This document shows, in pieces, positions 1 through 12,686 of a stretch of 64,000 bases of DNA. Position numbers and translations under genes: made by a program. Within the stretch, counting starts at the first letter, position 1; the number at the start of each line of letters is the position of its first letter. The stretch covers positions 76,260,001 through 76,324,000 of the forward strand of contig OX597824.1 in NCBI GenBank assembly GCA_951406725.2, in the 5' to 3' direction. This DNA comes from Octopus vulgaris. Its lineage: Eukaryota. The notes beneath the pieces were generated by a model. The model made no database searches, was not told the origin of the DNA, and saw only the letters and a program-made list of their open reading frames with translations.

Positions 1-80
1 CTCTTTCTCTTGTATTTTTCTAACGACATTGGTGTCCAGAGGGCTGCTGATTTCCACTGCAGAACATAAATTTTCTTTGT
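1..80 (-). pseudogene. R4/Dong-like non-LTR retrotransposon restriction-like endonuclease fragment, cut by the window edge
   Basis: Minus strand translates to KENLCSAVEISSPLDTNVVRKIQEKE, matching KEKLCTVVEISCPTDVNMKISEKE of the fragment at 2239-2625. Confidence 0.65.
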
Positions 81-164
81 GGACAACACAACACTGTTTA
101 ATCAGTTGTGTTTAAAATTTTTAATTTCCCCCGAATATTCTTTTGACACACCAGTCTCAGTATA

Positions 165-283
165 GTATGTATGTATGTATGTATGTATGTATGTATGTAT
201 GTATGTATGTATGTATGTATGTATGTATGTATGTATGTATGTATGTATGTATATGTATGTATGTATATATGTATGTATGTATG

Positions 284-317
<34 letters not shown>

Positions 318-360
318 TGTATGTATGTATGTATGTATATATTGTCTAAAGTCGTATGAC

Positions 361-393
<33 letters not shown>
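165..393. repeat. (TATG)n followed by (TA)n microsatellite
   Basis: Directly visible; explains the overlapping YVCM/HTYI ORFs. Confidence 0.95.
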
Positions 394-395
<2 letters not shown>

Positions 396-517
396 GAGCA
401 AATTCAGAATTGAACAGCCGTTTGCTATGAGGTGTTTGTGAAGAAGATTGAAGGCTTCGAATTTACGTTCATTATATATAAAAACATTCATTCTTATATA
501 TAATATATATATATATA

Positions 518-650
518 TAACAATTGCAGCGTAGAAGGTGTTTGTAAGCATTTAAGAAACACACAAAAGCCGTTCGATTCACTTCAACATTTAAATTTAA
601 TTTGTCAAGATATTTTCGTCGGTTTAAGACCGCGACCTGTTCACTGACAA
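518..650 (-). mobile_element. Short non-coding repeat beside (TA)n, inverted copy of 1675-1806; carries a hammerhead-like motif
   Basis: About 130 bp are reverse-complementary to 1675-1806 with scattered mismatches. Confidence 0.75.
602..650 (-). ncRNA. Minimal hammerhead-like motif, G3-C8 variant core (copy 1)
   Basis: Minus strand: TTGTCA GTGAACA G GTCG-cggtcttaaac-CGAC GAAA ATATCT TGACAA; stems I and II pair; U16.1 is mutated in this copy. Confidence 0.5.
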
Positions 651-1674
651 AAATCCGTGCTGCATCTGAGAAAGTAACAGTTAGTTCATTATATATATGT
701 ACGTATGTATGTGTGTATGTATGTATGCACGCATGTATGCATGGATGCATGTATGTATGTATGTATGTATGTATGTATGTATGTATGTACGTACGTACGC
801 CTGTTTGTATGTATGTGTGTATGTATGTATGTATGTGTGTATATGCTCGCACACACACACTATAAACTGAAAGCTATAAACCAGTAGTGATGGATAGATG
901 TAGACTGACCACTCATCACAACAATATCAAATTTCAACCTCACCCGCCGAAACTAGGAAGTGATTTACGACCCTCACCCCCACGACAAAACTCAAAAACC
1001 TATTATCAGTCACTTATCTCTATATCACAAAACTTTTGTTTTACTATTACTTATCTTTTTTTTTCTTTTACTTTTTTTTCTTTTCTCCATTACATCTAGT
1101 TAGTTCAGGTTATGTATATATACGTATGTATGTGTGTATGTATGTATGTATGTGTGTATGCACGTACGTACGCATGTGCGTATGTATGTATATGCGCACG
1201 TATGCATGTGCGTATGTATGTGTGTGTGTACATGTACGTGCGTATGTACGTGTGTATGCCCATACGCAGGTATGTATGTATGTACATATGTGCTACGTAT
1301 GTATGTGAGTATGTAGGAGAATGTGCAGACGCGTCTGTGAGTATGTGTACATGTGTATGTGCATGTGAACATATGTCCGTGTACTGGTATGTGTCCGTCT
1401 AAGTTGTGTACTTGACTGTTACTTTGTTGAAGGTTGTATATATATACACACATATATGTTTGTTTGTTTGTATAGACGCACACGCATATATATATATATA
1501 TGTGTGGGTGTGTGTTTGTTCCTCTCATCATCGTCTAACGGTGAATGGATACAACGTCTAGGTGCAACTGTGCACATATAACCAATTACATATACACAAG
1601 TACACACAATCATAGAGACACACTCATGAATATTCTTATAATCTTAAATTATATACTTATATATGCTTATCCAC

Positions 1675-1721
1675 TGTCAGTGAACAGGTCACTGTCTTAA
1701 AACGACGAAAATATTTTGACA
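1675..1721 (+). ncRNA. Minimal hammerhead-like motif, G3-C8 variant core (copy 2)
   Basis: TGTCA GTGAACA G GTC-actgtcttaaaac-GAC GAAA ATATTT TGACA; palindromic stem III AATATT. Confidence 0.55.
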
Positions 1722-1861
1722 AATTAAACTTAAATGTTGAAGTGAATCGAACGGCTTTTGTGTGTTTCTTAAATGGTTTACAAACACCTTCCACTCTGCA
1801 ATTGTTTTCGTTTCAGCACACGATCTCAGATCAAATCATTTGCTATGCAAGTACATCTCCG

Positions 1862-1865
<4 letters not shown>
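1675..1865 (+). mobile_element. Second copy of the short repeat, ending in a (TA)n tract
   Basis: Reverse complement of 518-650; abuts (TA)n at about 1865-1920. Confidence 0.75.
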
Positions 1866-1924
<59 letters not shown>

Positions 1925-2116
1925 CATGCATGTATGTATGTGATTTAGTTTATTTCAAGATTTCTTGCCATTTGAGAAAGAACCGGTTTTTAACCCATAT
2001 CCAAAGTTACTTCACTGGAATTTCAACATCAACAATTGAGTATTTTTGTATGTATGTATGTATGTATGTATGTATGTATGTATGTATGTATGTATGTATG
2101 TATGTATGTATGTATG

Positions 2117-2150
<34 letters not shown>

Positions 2151-2238
2151 TGTATGTATGCGTGTATGTGCAGATTTATATATTTTATGTATGTATTATT
2201 ATGTATATAGTTACATATCTAGTCATGCTCATATATAT

Positions 2239-2625
2239 TTAAATGATAAACTTCTGGAAAGTTTTACACATTTTTACAGTTCCAGTGATGGTTTGGACCT
2301 GTAGTTTTCGAATTAGCTTTCTCCTTTCTGGTTTTGAGAAGCCTAATTTCTCAGGATTGGTATTTAGGCAATGTGTTACATACCCAAGGGCACCAATAAT
2401 TACAGGTATAAACCTGAACTTGTAATCTGGATAGAGTAACTGCAGATTTTTCAATAGTTCAGCATAAGCGTTCTCTTTTTCACTGATCTTCATGTTAACA
2501 TCTGTCGGACAGCTAATTTCCACAACTGTGCACAGTTTCTCTTTTCCATTCCAAATCATTATATCGGGCCTGTGTACTTACAATTTATTGAAGGCTTCAC
2601 TGGTACATTCCACCAGTATTCCTTT
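2239..2625 (-). pseudogene. R4/Dong-clade retrotransposon ORF C-terminus (restriction-like endonuclease domain)
   Basis: KEYWWNVPVK...RPDIMIW...VVEISCP.D...EKE...Y..L...FIPVIIGALG to the stop codon; short tail then (TACA)n. Confidence 0.85.
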
Positions 2626-2644
2626 GATATGTAATCTTCAAATC

Positions 2645-2780
2645 TGTAATCTGGCTTGTTTCTGTAATCTTCGAATCAGCTTTCTCCTTTCTGCTTTTGA
2701 GAAGCCTAATTTCTCAAGATTGGTATTTAGGCAGTGTGCAACATATCTCAGTACTCCAATAATTACAAGTATAAACCTGT
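2645..2780 (-). pseudogene. Duplicated piece of the same R4/Dong C-terminus, placed out of order upstream
   Basis: RFILVIIGVLRYVAHCLNTNLEKLGFSKAERRKLIRRLQ, a near copy of about 2300-2420. Confidence 0.8.
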
Positions 2781-2928
2781 ATGCATGTATGTATGCATGT
2801 ATGTATACATGCATATATATATAATCTGTACACGTATAAAGATATACACATACACAAGCTTATACATAATCACAGACATAAACACACACACATACACATA
2901 CACACACACGCACGCACATGCACGCACG

Positions 2929-2970
<42 letters not shown>

Positions 2971-3289
2971 GAGACTAGATTTTCTGTCAGTCACATTGTT
3001 CAAGAGTAGTCTAATGATAATAGCATTATTTTATCGAGTCGTTAAAACGTCCGAAAAAATGCTGCGTAGTATCTCGCAGGGGCCATCTTTACCATTAATC
3101 TTTTCGGGGTTGATATAATGAAGTACGAGTCAAGGGCTGAGGTCGATAAAATTGAATAAACCATAAGTCTTTGACCGTCTTGTACCGAGAGAAGGAAATA
3201 TTTTTTGCGCCACATTTCAGTGATGTAGATAGGCAGGAATTGTAGAGGCGGGAACAAATTGTCTATATGTTGAGGCTCTATGTGTTCTG

Positions 3290-3415
3290 AGTCCAAATTA
3301 TACTTAGATTATGTTCGCAATTCGTCTTTCTGGGGTCGATGAAATAAACAACCAATCAAGTACTAAGGTTGATATAATCCACTGTTCTCCTCCCTCAAAT
3401 TTTTGAGCTCGTAAT
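3290..3415 (+). mobile_element. Degenerate SINE family B fragment
   Basis: ttctgagtccaaat...ggggtcgatgaaataa...cctccctcaaattt resembles the family B body. Confidence 0.55.
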
Positions 3416-3428
3416 AATAATAATAATC

Positions 3429-3489
<61 letters not shown>

Positions 3490-3503
3490 TGATAATAATA
3501 ATG

Positions 3504-3549
<46 letters not shown>

Positions 3550-3560
3550 TGATAATAATG

Positions 3561-3640
<80 letters not shown>

Positions 3641-3646
3641 AATAAT
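3412..3646. repeat. (TAA)n/(TGA)n microsatellite
   Basis: Directly visible. Confidence 0.95.
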
Positions 3647-3654
3647 TCTAATAC

Positions 3655-4012
3655 GTTGTCGGTATCATCCCCTAATGTGAACACCATTTTCGTCTACTGG
3701 GTTGCTTAGGTAGTTACACTCCATAACCACGGCATTGACTTGTTTGTTCCACCTACGTCGTGTCTGCTGGTCCGTTGCCGGATAACGACAGGCTGGAGTC
3801 GGACCAGTATTTCTGAGCCTGCCGGGTGCAACACTGTCACCATCAAGGGCTTCAGTTTCATTACCACCGTTATTTGCAATATTTTGTTTCTTCATTGTCA
3901 CTCATATGAAGTAGCGATTATCAGTTTGTGCAGTTACCAGTGTTTTTTATTGTAACACCATCACTAGATGTATCATCAATCAGGACATGGGGAGATTCCA
4001 ACTGCTTCCTTC
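3655..4012 (-). pseudogene. 5' end (UTR and ORF N-terminus) of an R4/Dong-like retrotransposon between (TAA)n tracts
   Basis: RRRWNKQVNAVVMECNYLSNP...RG*YRQR resembles the R..W...N..(L/V)MECYY.S.P...GYR.R N-terminal motif of R4/Dong ORFs. Confidence 0.7.
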
Positions 4013-4085
4013 CATTATTATTATTATCATGACAGATATTATTTTCATTTTTTAATATTTGTCATTGTTAATATTTCCCCTGATC

Positions 4086-4227
4086 CGACATGAGTTTTGG
4101 TTAAATTCTTCTTCTTCTTCTTCTTCTTCTTCTTCTTCTTCTTCTTCTTCTTCTTCTTCTTCTTCTTCTTCTTCTTCTTCTTCTTCTTCTTCTTCTTCTT
4201 CTTCTTCTTCTTCTTCTTCTTCTTCTT
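4086..4227. repeat. (TTC)n microsatellite
   Basis: Directly visible. Confidence 0.95.
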
Positions 4228-4556
4228 TCCATGTTATTAAATGTTTAATTTCAACTTTTGTCTTGTACGTGAGATAATCATAAATATGTGAGGGTTGAGG
4301 GGAATAGTAGGAGGAAGGGAAGCAGCCTGGTGAATAAGCCAAATCCTACAGGACTGTAAATAGATTCCGCAAATGGTGAGGAGGTCAGCAATGGAGATTC
4401 CTGTGCGATAAGGAGACAAAAGAGGCCTCACACCTTTAGGGTCAGCAGAGGTCAAATGTGTTTACTACTACTAGTGATTAATGAGAGTGCTGACTTTGGC
4501 CTTGAAAAAAAAACAATTCACCATGTTCTATTTTTAATTACTGATAGAAAAAAACA

Positions 4557-5030
<474 letters not shown>

Positions 5031-5053
5031 ACCTGATGCAAATATTCTGCTCA

Positions 5054-5612
5054 AAATGCCCTGATGCAATACCAGGCAGTGACTCTTATGACTTTTGATC
5101 TTAACTGATTGGAAGTGTTATCATGTACATTGTTTTGTCTTGGTATAAAAGATGGGCTACAACAAATATTCTGCTCAATACCACATATTTCCTTGTCAGT
5201 TGTTTGACCATAACCAGTTGAGCTTGTCCTCTTAGTGGCTGACGATATGTGCATCTCTGATCACGAGCAGTAGTAGCGGGGGAGCATCATAGCCATGTGC
5301 TGAGAGGGATTCATTGGGGTTTGAATATTTCACCTCTGGAAACATGAGTGGTTCGTTCAACATCCTTAAACAACCCTTATTCAGGGAATTTTTGAGCGGG
5401 ATGGTCTACTCGACCAGAAGAAAATTCTAACTGGGCCCCACCTGCAAGGTCATGTGCTGTTTATCTTGATATGAGATCACTATGTTGCGCACATTTGGTT
5501 GTAATGCATTTGCCTAGTGTACCCTTATCAGACGGGTAGTCATGATGGGTATACTGGGCTTCGTACATTTTACTCCAGTGTCACTTTGATGGCATACACT
5601 GCTCTCTCACTC
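5054..5612 (+). mobile_element. About 560 bp non-coding element embedded in (TAA)n, copy 1
   Basis: End-to-end inverted copy at 8426-8983; begins aaatgccctgatgca and ends ctctctcactc(aat)n. Confidence 0.85.
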
Positions 5613-5735
<123 letters not shown>

Positions 5736-5739
5736 CATA

Positions 5740-5884
<145 letters not shown>

Positions 5885-6373
5885 GCCGCCATACTGTGAA
5901 GTCACGGAAATTTGATTCTCCCTAAGTTGAAAAGTATTCGTAATCCTTTCGGCCTTCTAAACCCCCGTCTTTTGATTTCTGTTGTTACCATTACATTTCA
6001 GAGATTGTCTGGATTGTGCAGATAGTATTTTTTGTGTAGAAACACCCCCGCTTTGCAGGAGGTGCGCATAAATAATTTTCGAATTTTATCTGCTTTTAGC
6101 AAAAACAAATATTTCACAGTTTTCCGCAATTTTTAAAGATGGCTGATAAAAAGAAGCCATCATAACGTTCGGTAAAGGAACGCACTCTTTGAGAAATTTT
6201 GAAAAAAGGAAAAAAATGAAAATATTAACATCAAATGGGCTAAACTTAATGACGTCACCAGGGCAAAAAATGTTTTGTCTCTAAGCAACGTCTAAACTTT
6301 AGGCGTCGTCAAACAGAACAGCAACAGCAGCAGTGACAGCAGCAGTAGTGACAGCAGCAGCAACAACAACAGC

Positions 6374-6406
<33 letters not shown>

Positions 6407-8135
6407 AACAGCAACAGCAATACGAAATAAATAAAACATAAAAATGCAAATATCGCCCCTGTTTCTTTTGTGTCAGCAGCGAGAAATATGGATGCTTCCA
6501 CATAGATGAAAAAGAATTAAAATTTGCTAGAAAAATTGTTAAAAGAGATGGGAGAAGGGCACCTTTAAACTCTCCATAGGACGTGCTAGAAAATATCGCA
6601 AGATGCACGGTCACATACCGTTGCATCGGAGTCAAGTCTTGACGGGTGGAAAATGCTCCCGAGAGCAAAGTACAAAAATGCTTTGGTCGCGTGTGGGACT
6701 AAAAGACCCATATCATCCGAGGAAGGAAGTTTGGAATCACTGAGGTGAGATTTGGGACGGAAGAAGAAGCTAGATGTAATTCCGCAACCACTTTGCAGAA
6801 TGACAATTTCTTAATCCCTAGCTATCGCGGCCAACGTCTTCTCAAGATTAGGGCACTGAATGTGCCGCCAGAAATATCCATTACCTGGTTAGTGGCGGCC
6901 GTCTTGCCAGTTTAGAAGAAGACGAAGTCACACTACTGGAGGTCAAGAAACTACCTAAGCAAAACTGGTTAGGTATACGTATGGAACTGACCTTGTAATG
7001 CAAGCAGGACCACATCGACCAGCGCTCAGGCTACGGCATCTCAAGCGTTTCCTGGACGGTGAACAGGTGTGGTCGCCGTTCGTCAGACACGACTTTCCGT
7101 AGCTGGTCTTTTTGACAGACCTGCAATCTTGGATCAAACGTAGACCGAGAAAGGGGGCTTGGCACCTCGAGTGCCGTCAAACCCTCTCCGCCCTCCGCCC
7201 TCCGCCAAGCGGGCAATGCGATCTGTAGTAGTTCCACTCTAGCATTCTATAGAGGGTTAGTGAAAGAAAAGTGCGACGACGTTCTCAGGGAAACTCTAGG
7301 CGTCGACGATAATGAGTTAAACAGTCAGTTCGGAAGAACTTTCGGGCCGGGGCCCATGGATAATTTCCAAAGGTCCCTTGCCTGGCAGTGCTACCGAGGA
7401 GCGCTGCCTGTTCGAGATAAACTCTACGGGCACGGAAGTTCCGTCAGCCGAGCCTGCCCGAGGTGTGCTCAGGAAGACGAAACCGTTCTGCACGCACTCA
7501 TCCAGTGCCCGAGTATTGCTGACCTCTGGGTTTATGTCGATCAGCTACTGTCGAGTATAGGATGGATCCGGCTATCAGCTGAATCCATAGTGAAGATTGC
7601 CACGCCGACCTCCTTTAACCGGGAGGGCAAGGCAATTTTCCTTTGTCTAGTGGCTATAGCGAAAGAGGTGGTATAATGGACCCGTTTGAAAGGGCTAAAG
7701 TCAGACACTTTCCTCTTTGGCTAAGGCCTCATCAATTTTTTCAAGTTCCACTTGAAAAAGACGATGAGAGTAGAGAAGGAAGTGCTGTCTCGTAGCAAAT
7801 TTATTGAAAGGTGGGTGAATGTCGGGAAAATGGCCAGTATGAACGGAACAATTCTGAGGTTACACCTATAAAAAGAAAAAAAAGTAATATAAAAGGAGAT
7901 GGGGCACTCTACCCCTTTTTGACCAGGCTCCCGTGGCTTCTATGGGTTTTTCCACGAGTAATCTTTTGAAGCGCCTCTCCCTATTGGGAGATTTATTTGT
8001 TATATTTTTCGTTGTTATTTTGAATGTTTACATGGACCTTTCTTTCGGACAAAACCCTTTGTACTTTTCGTCCTGTCTTTGTCCTTACATGTGTTTGATT
8101 TTTGTTAGCCCTTGTGGCCAATAAACCAGAATTAA
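5885..8135 (+). mobile_element. Tx1/L1-like LINE, internally deleted (ORF1 relic fused to ORF2 C-terminus), flanked by (TTA)n
   Basis: ORF1 relic LIPSYRGQRLLKIRALNVPPEISITWLV at 6811-6895 is homologous to 30821-30905; zinc finger CPRC..ETVLHALIQC; tail ttagcccttgtggccaataaa. The 5' boundary is inferred from the microsatellite. Confidence 0.75.
7012..7870 (+). pseudogene. LINE ORF2 C-terminal region with zf-RVT-type CCHC finger
   Basis: SLAWQCYRGALPVRDKL...CPRCAQEDETVLHALIQCPSIADLW...AKEVV*W...FIERW, with in-frame stops. Confidence 0.85.
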
Positions 8136-8154
8136 TTAATTATTATTATTATTA

Positions 8155-8335
8155 AGTGCCGAGCTTTTTTACGCATTTTTTACGGCTTTAGATTCTGAGC
8201 TTAAATTCTGCCAACGTCGACTTTACCGTCCATCTTTTCTCATTCGACAAAATGAGTAACAGTTGAGTACTGGAGTCCATATAATCGATTAATACTCTCC
8301 TTAAAATTTCAAGCCATGTGCCTATAGAAGAAAGG

Positions 8336-8340
<5 letters not shown>
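8155..8340 (+). mobile_element. Degenerate SINE family B (tail type 2)
   Basis: ttctgagcttaaattctgcc..gtcgacttt..tgtgcctatagaagaaaggattatt. Confidence 0.6.
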
Positions 8341-8425
<85 letters not shown>

Positions 8426-8979
8426 GAGTGAGAGAGCAGTGCATGCCATCAAAGTGACACTGGGGTAAAATATATGAAGCCCAGTATACCCATCATGACT
8501 ACCCGTCTGATAAGGGTACACCAGGCACATGCATCACAACCATAAGTGCGCAACATGGTGATCTCATATCAAGATAAACAGCGCATGACCTTGCAGGTGG
8601 GGCCCAGTTAGAATTTTCTTCAGTTTGAGTAACCCATCCCGCTCAAAAGGTCCCTGAATAAGGGTTGCTTAAGGATGTTGAACGAAACACCCATGTTTCC
8701 AGAGGTGAATTATTCAAACCCCAATGAATCCGTCTCAACACATGGCTATGATGCTCCCCCACTACTTCTGCTCATGATCAGAGATGCACATATCGTCAGC
8801 CACTAAGGGACATGCTCAACTGGTTAAGGTTAAACAACTGACAAGCAAATCTGTGGTATTGAGCAGAATATTTGCTGTAGCCCATCTTTTATACCAAGAC
8901 AAAACAATGTACATGATAACACTTCCAATCTGTTAAGATCAGAAGCCATGAGAGTCACTGCCTGGTACTGCATCAGGGC

Positions 8980-8983
<4 letters not shown>
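8426..8983 (-). mobile_element. About 560 bp (TAA)n-embedded element, copy 2
   Basis: Reverse complement of 5054-5612 with the same two ends; (TTA)n on both sides. Confidence 0.85.
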
Positions 8984-9043
<60 letters not shown>

Positions 9044-9101
9044 GCTATTACTATTACCACGTTTTTGCAGTAGGCAGCAAAGGATCATGGGAATGATGTA
9101 A

Positions 9102-9190
<89 letters not shown>

Positions 9191-9248
9191 GCTATTACTA
9201 TTACCACGTTTTTGCAGTAGGCAGCAAAGGATCATGGGAATGATGTAA

Positions 9249-9307
<59 letters not shown>

Positions 9308-9368
9308 GCTATTACTATTACCACGTTTTTACAGTAGGCAGCAAAGGATCATGGGAATGATGTAATTG
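9044..9368. repeat. Three near-identical 61 bp units separated by (TTA)n spacers of different length
   Basis: gctattactattaccacgtttttgcagtaggcagcaaaggatcatgggaatgatgtaattg at 9044, 9191 and 9308. Confidence 0.9.
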
Positions 9369-9577
9369 ATAAAAACGTCATTGCCGGATTTAAAACTATT
9401 TAACTGTTAATTCCAGGTTACTATCATAATTTATGTCACGTGCGCTCTATCTCCATGCTGATTTTACAGCACTATGCTATTAATAGAGCTACGTTAGTTA
9501 CTCTTTCTCCTCCTCCTCCTCCTCCTCCTCCCTCTCTATATATAGCTATATATACATATGTCGCTTGTGTGTATGTA

Positions 9578-9608
<31 letters not shown>

Positions 9609-9741
9609 ATGTATGTAGTTCTATCTCTCTATCCCTGTATATATGTATATGTGTTTGTGTGTGTGTGTGTGTATATATATACCTATATATATTATATATA
9701 TATATATATATATTCCTCTCTCTCTTTCTCTCTCTCTCTCT

Positions 9742-9810
<69 letters not shown>

Positions 9811-10110
9811 TGGAGAGAGAGAAATAGAGCGAAATAGAGTGAGAAAGAAAGAAAGAAAGACAGACATACCGACAGACAGTCAGAAACGCACACACATTGT
9901 GAAATTCTATATAGGTTGGTATTGTTAGCAACAAATGGGTTTCTATTTAAGTTTGATTTCGCACTCTCTATAACGATGTACTATAATGGCTTCTCCTTGT
10001 AAAAGAATAGGTACACGTTGTACATACATTTATATATCTTTAAAAGAAAAGTACTGCGTTCGATTTTTTGTTTGAGGTAGTACTCCTACATCACCGCACA
10101 CCAATGACTA

Positions 10111-10153
<43 letters not shown>

Positions 10154-10368
10154 ATATCGTTGCTATTATGTTAAACCGTCGATTTCCACATTTGGCCATA
10201 TTTATTTTTGTTTTTAATAGCCAGTTCTTTTGCTCAAACTATCGTATCTCCAGCTGCTTCAGATGCCAAGATATCAAAAGTTGCCAAAGCGTAGAACAAC
10301 GGTCTATTTTTTTCGTTTTCTGAAAAAGCAACGTTTTGGACTTACGACATGTTTGCATAATAGCAACG

Positions 10369-10399
<31 letters not shown>

Positions 10400-10400
10400 C

Positions 10401-10447
<47 letters not shown>

Positions 10448-10450
<3 letters not shown>

Positions 10451-10573
10451 CCCCTCTTAATCCTTTCTGTCGCAGAGCTTAGGCTCGAAACGTAAAGGAC
10501 TTTTCCATTCTTCCTAAGCGTTAAACTAATACACCTGCTTGTTGTTCTTCGTCTTTTGTTTTCTGTTAATTTA

Positions 10574-10578
<5 letters not shown>
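10448..10578 (+). mobile_element. About 130 bp element inserted in (TA)n; family also at 47981-48142 and 57742-57915
   Basis: Shares aggctcgaaacgt, actaatac, cacctgc and ttcgtcttttg blocks with the other two copies; (TA)n on both sides. Confidence 0.8.
10461..10499 (+). ncRNA. Minimal hammerhead-like motif, A6U variant (copy 1)
   Basis: TCCTTT CTGTCGC A GAGC-ttag-GCTC GAAAC GT AAAGGA; also deviates at position 9. Confidence 0.5.
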
Positions 10579-10640
<62 letters not shown>

Positions 10641-10714
10641 TACGTACATACGTACGTACGCGTGTAAAGCCATTATGACTTAGTAACATACAATGATATT
10701 TTTAGGTGCTTATG

Positions 10715-10880
10715 AACCTTTGGGTAGTGAACGAAAGAGTACGATGGCAAATGCAGGCGGCCGAAATAGGGTTTCTCATAGGGATCTATGGAGTATGAAT
10801 ACTCGACAGGGTTCGTGGCTCGGAGATCAGGGAGTCACTCTTTGTCGAGCCGCTACGTCTCCGCATTGAGATGTGACAGA
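10715..10880 (+). pseudogene. RTE-clade LINE C-terminal fragment
   Basis: QAAEIGFLIGIYGV*ILDRVRGSEIRESLFVEPLRLRIE matches the QAAEM.FLR.V.G....DRVRSS.IRE.L.VEPLLLRIE motif of RTE elements. Confidence 0.8.
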
Positions 10881-10884
10881 GTTT

Positions 10885-11000
10885 ACTAAATAAAGTGTCT
10901 TGCTCAAGAACACGACGCGTCGCGCGGTCCAGTAATCGAAGTCACAATCTTAGGATCATATGTCCAACACACTAACTACTAAACTACGTGCCTCCGAGCG
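10885..11000 (-). mobile_element. SINE family C head fragment
   Basis: Minus strand ggaggcacgtagtttagtagttag...ttcgatt...ttcttgagcaagacacttta. Confidence 0.6.
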
Positions 11001-11137
11001 ATTAGAATATCGTAAGGAAGGATCGCATGACAGATTCTTCAAGACAATGCACGCGGGCGTGTGTGTGTGAGTGAGTGTAGTGAGAAACTAAGATAAACGC
11101 AAGTGTAAATTATAAGTTCCTACCCAGTTTCATATTC

Positions 11138-11380
11138 GCGGAGGCTCGTGGCCTAGTGTTTAGGGGTGTTGGGCTCACGTTCGTAAGATTGTGGTTTCGA
11201 TTCTTGGACTGGGCCGCGCGTTGTGCTCTTGAGCAAAACACTTCATTTTACGTCGCTCCAGTGAACTCAGCTGGCAAAAATGAGTAATCTTACGACAGAC
11301 CGACGTCCCATCCAGGTGGGGCATATTTACGCCATGAAAACCGGGAAACCAGCACTTATGAGTCGGCATGACTCGACTAC
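11138..11380 (+). mobile_element. tRNA-head SINE: family C head with a family D-type tail
   Basis: A box TGGCCTAGTG, B box GTTTCGATTC, cttgagcaaaacac core, tail cgtcccatccag...aaaccgggaaacc shared with 61575-61840. Confidence 0.75.
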
Positions 11381-11555
11381 GTTTCATATTTGCAGTTGTT
11401 TGGAACCCGGCATTCGATTTTCAAAGAGCATTTGGCTCCCTAACCGCAACGGATCATTAGGGAAATACTAATACTAATACGTACATAAAGACTTTTTCCG
11501 TGGTTCAACAAAAGGCGCTACATTTTTTAAGTGTGGAAATAATCAAGTACATCTC

Positions 11556-11950
11556 TTTTTTCACTCTTTTACTTGTTTCAGTCATTTGACTGTGGCCATG
11601 CTGGATCATCGCCTTCAGTCGAGCAAATCGACCCTTGAACTTATTCTTTATAAGCCTAGTACTTATTCTATCGGTCTCTTTTGGCGAACCGCCAAGTTAC
11701 GGGGACGTAAACACACCAGCATCGGTTGTCAAGCCATGTTGGGGAGACAAACACAGACACACAAACATACACACACGCATACATATATATATATTTATAT
11801 ATATATATATATATATATACATATATACGATGGGTTTCTTTCAGTTTCCGTCTACCAAATCCACTCACAAGGTTTTGGTTGGCCCGAGGCTATAGTAGAA
11901 GACACTTGCTCAAGGTGCCACACAGTGGGACTGAACCTGGAACCATGTGA
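11556..11950 (-). mobile_element. SINE family A (tRNA head, internal (TA)/(TG) tract)
   Basis: Reverse complement of the copy at 15684-16095, 5' truncated. Confidence 0.9.
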
Positions 11951-12074
11951 TTCGCCTTAATATTATCAATCCCGTAAGGATCCTAAGATAAAGTCTACTT
12001 CGATGGGATTTGAACTCAGAAGTCCTCTTTATCTTCTCTTGAGTTGAGAATCTTATGAGCCCAGATCTGAACTT

Positions 12075-12686
12075 TCTTTTCTATTCTAGGCACAAGGCCC
12101 GAAACTTTTAGGGAGGGCGCCAGTCAATTAGATCGTCCCCAGTGCGCAACTGGTACTTAATTTATCGACCCCGAAAGGATGAAAGGCGAAGTCGACTTCA
12201 GCAGAAATTGAATTGAGAACGCAGCAACGGACGAAATACCGCTAAGAATTTCGCCCGACGTGCTAACGATTCTTATTTCTTTATTGCTCACAAGGGGCTA
12301 AACATAGAGGGAACAAACAAGGACAGACAAAGGGATTAAGGCGATTACATCAACCCCTTGCGTAACTGGTACTTAATTTATCGACCCCGAAAGGATGAAA
12401 TGCAAAGTCGACCTCGGCAGAAATTGAACTCAGAACGTAGCAACGGACGAAATGCCTATTTCTTTACTACCCACAAGGGGCTAAACACAGAGAGAACAAA
12501 CAAGGACAGACAAAGGGATTAAGTCGATTACATTGACCCCGGTGCGTAATTGGTACTTAATAGGACCCCGAAAGGATGAAAGGCAATGTCGACCTCGGCG
12601 GAATTTGAACTCAGAACGTAACGGCAGACGAAATACCGCTAAGCATTTCGCCCTGCGTGCTAACGATTCAGCCAGCTCGCCGCCTT
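12075..12686 (-). mobile_element. Three nested or tandem SINE family B copies
   Basis: Three iterations of tttatcgacccccgaaaggatgaaaggc.aagtcgac-like core; junctions near 12456 and 12273. Confidence 0.9.

Noticed and set aside
4228-4460. Possible LINE 3' end with a (GAA)n tail on the minus strand
   Set aside because: No recognisable protein motif and no second copy in the window
9044-9368. Repeat-spacer pattern resembling a CRISPR array
   Set aside because: Spacers are (TTA)n, repeats are 61 bp, the context is eukaryotic and there are no cas genes
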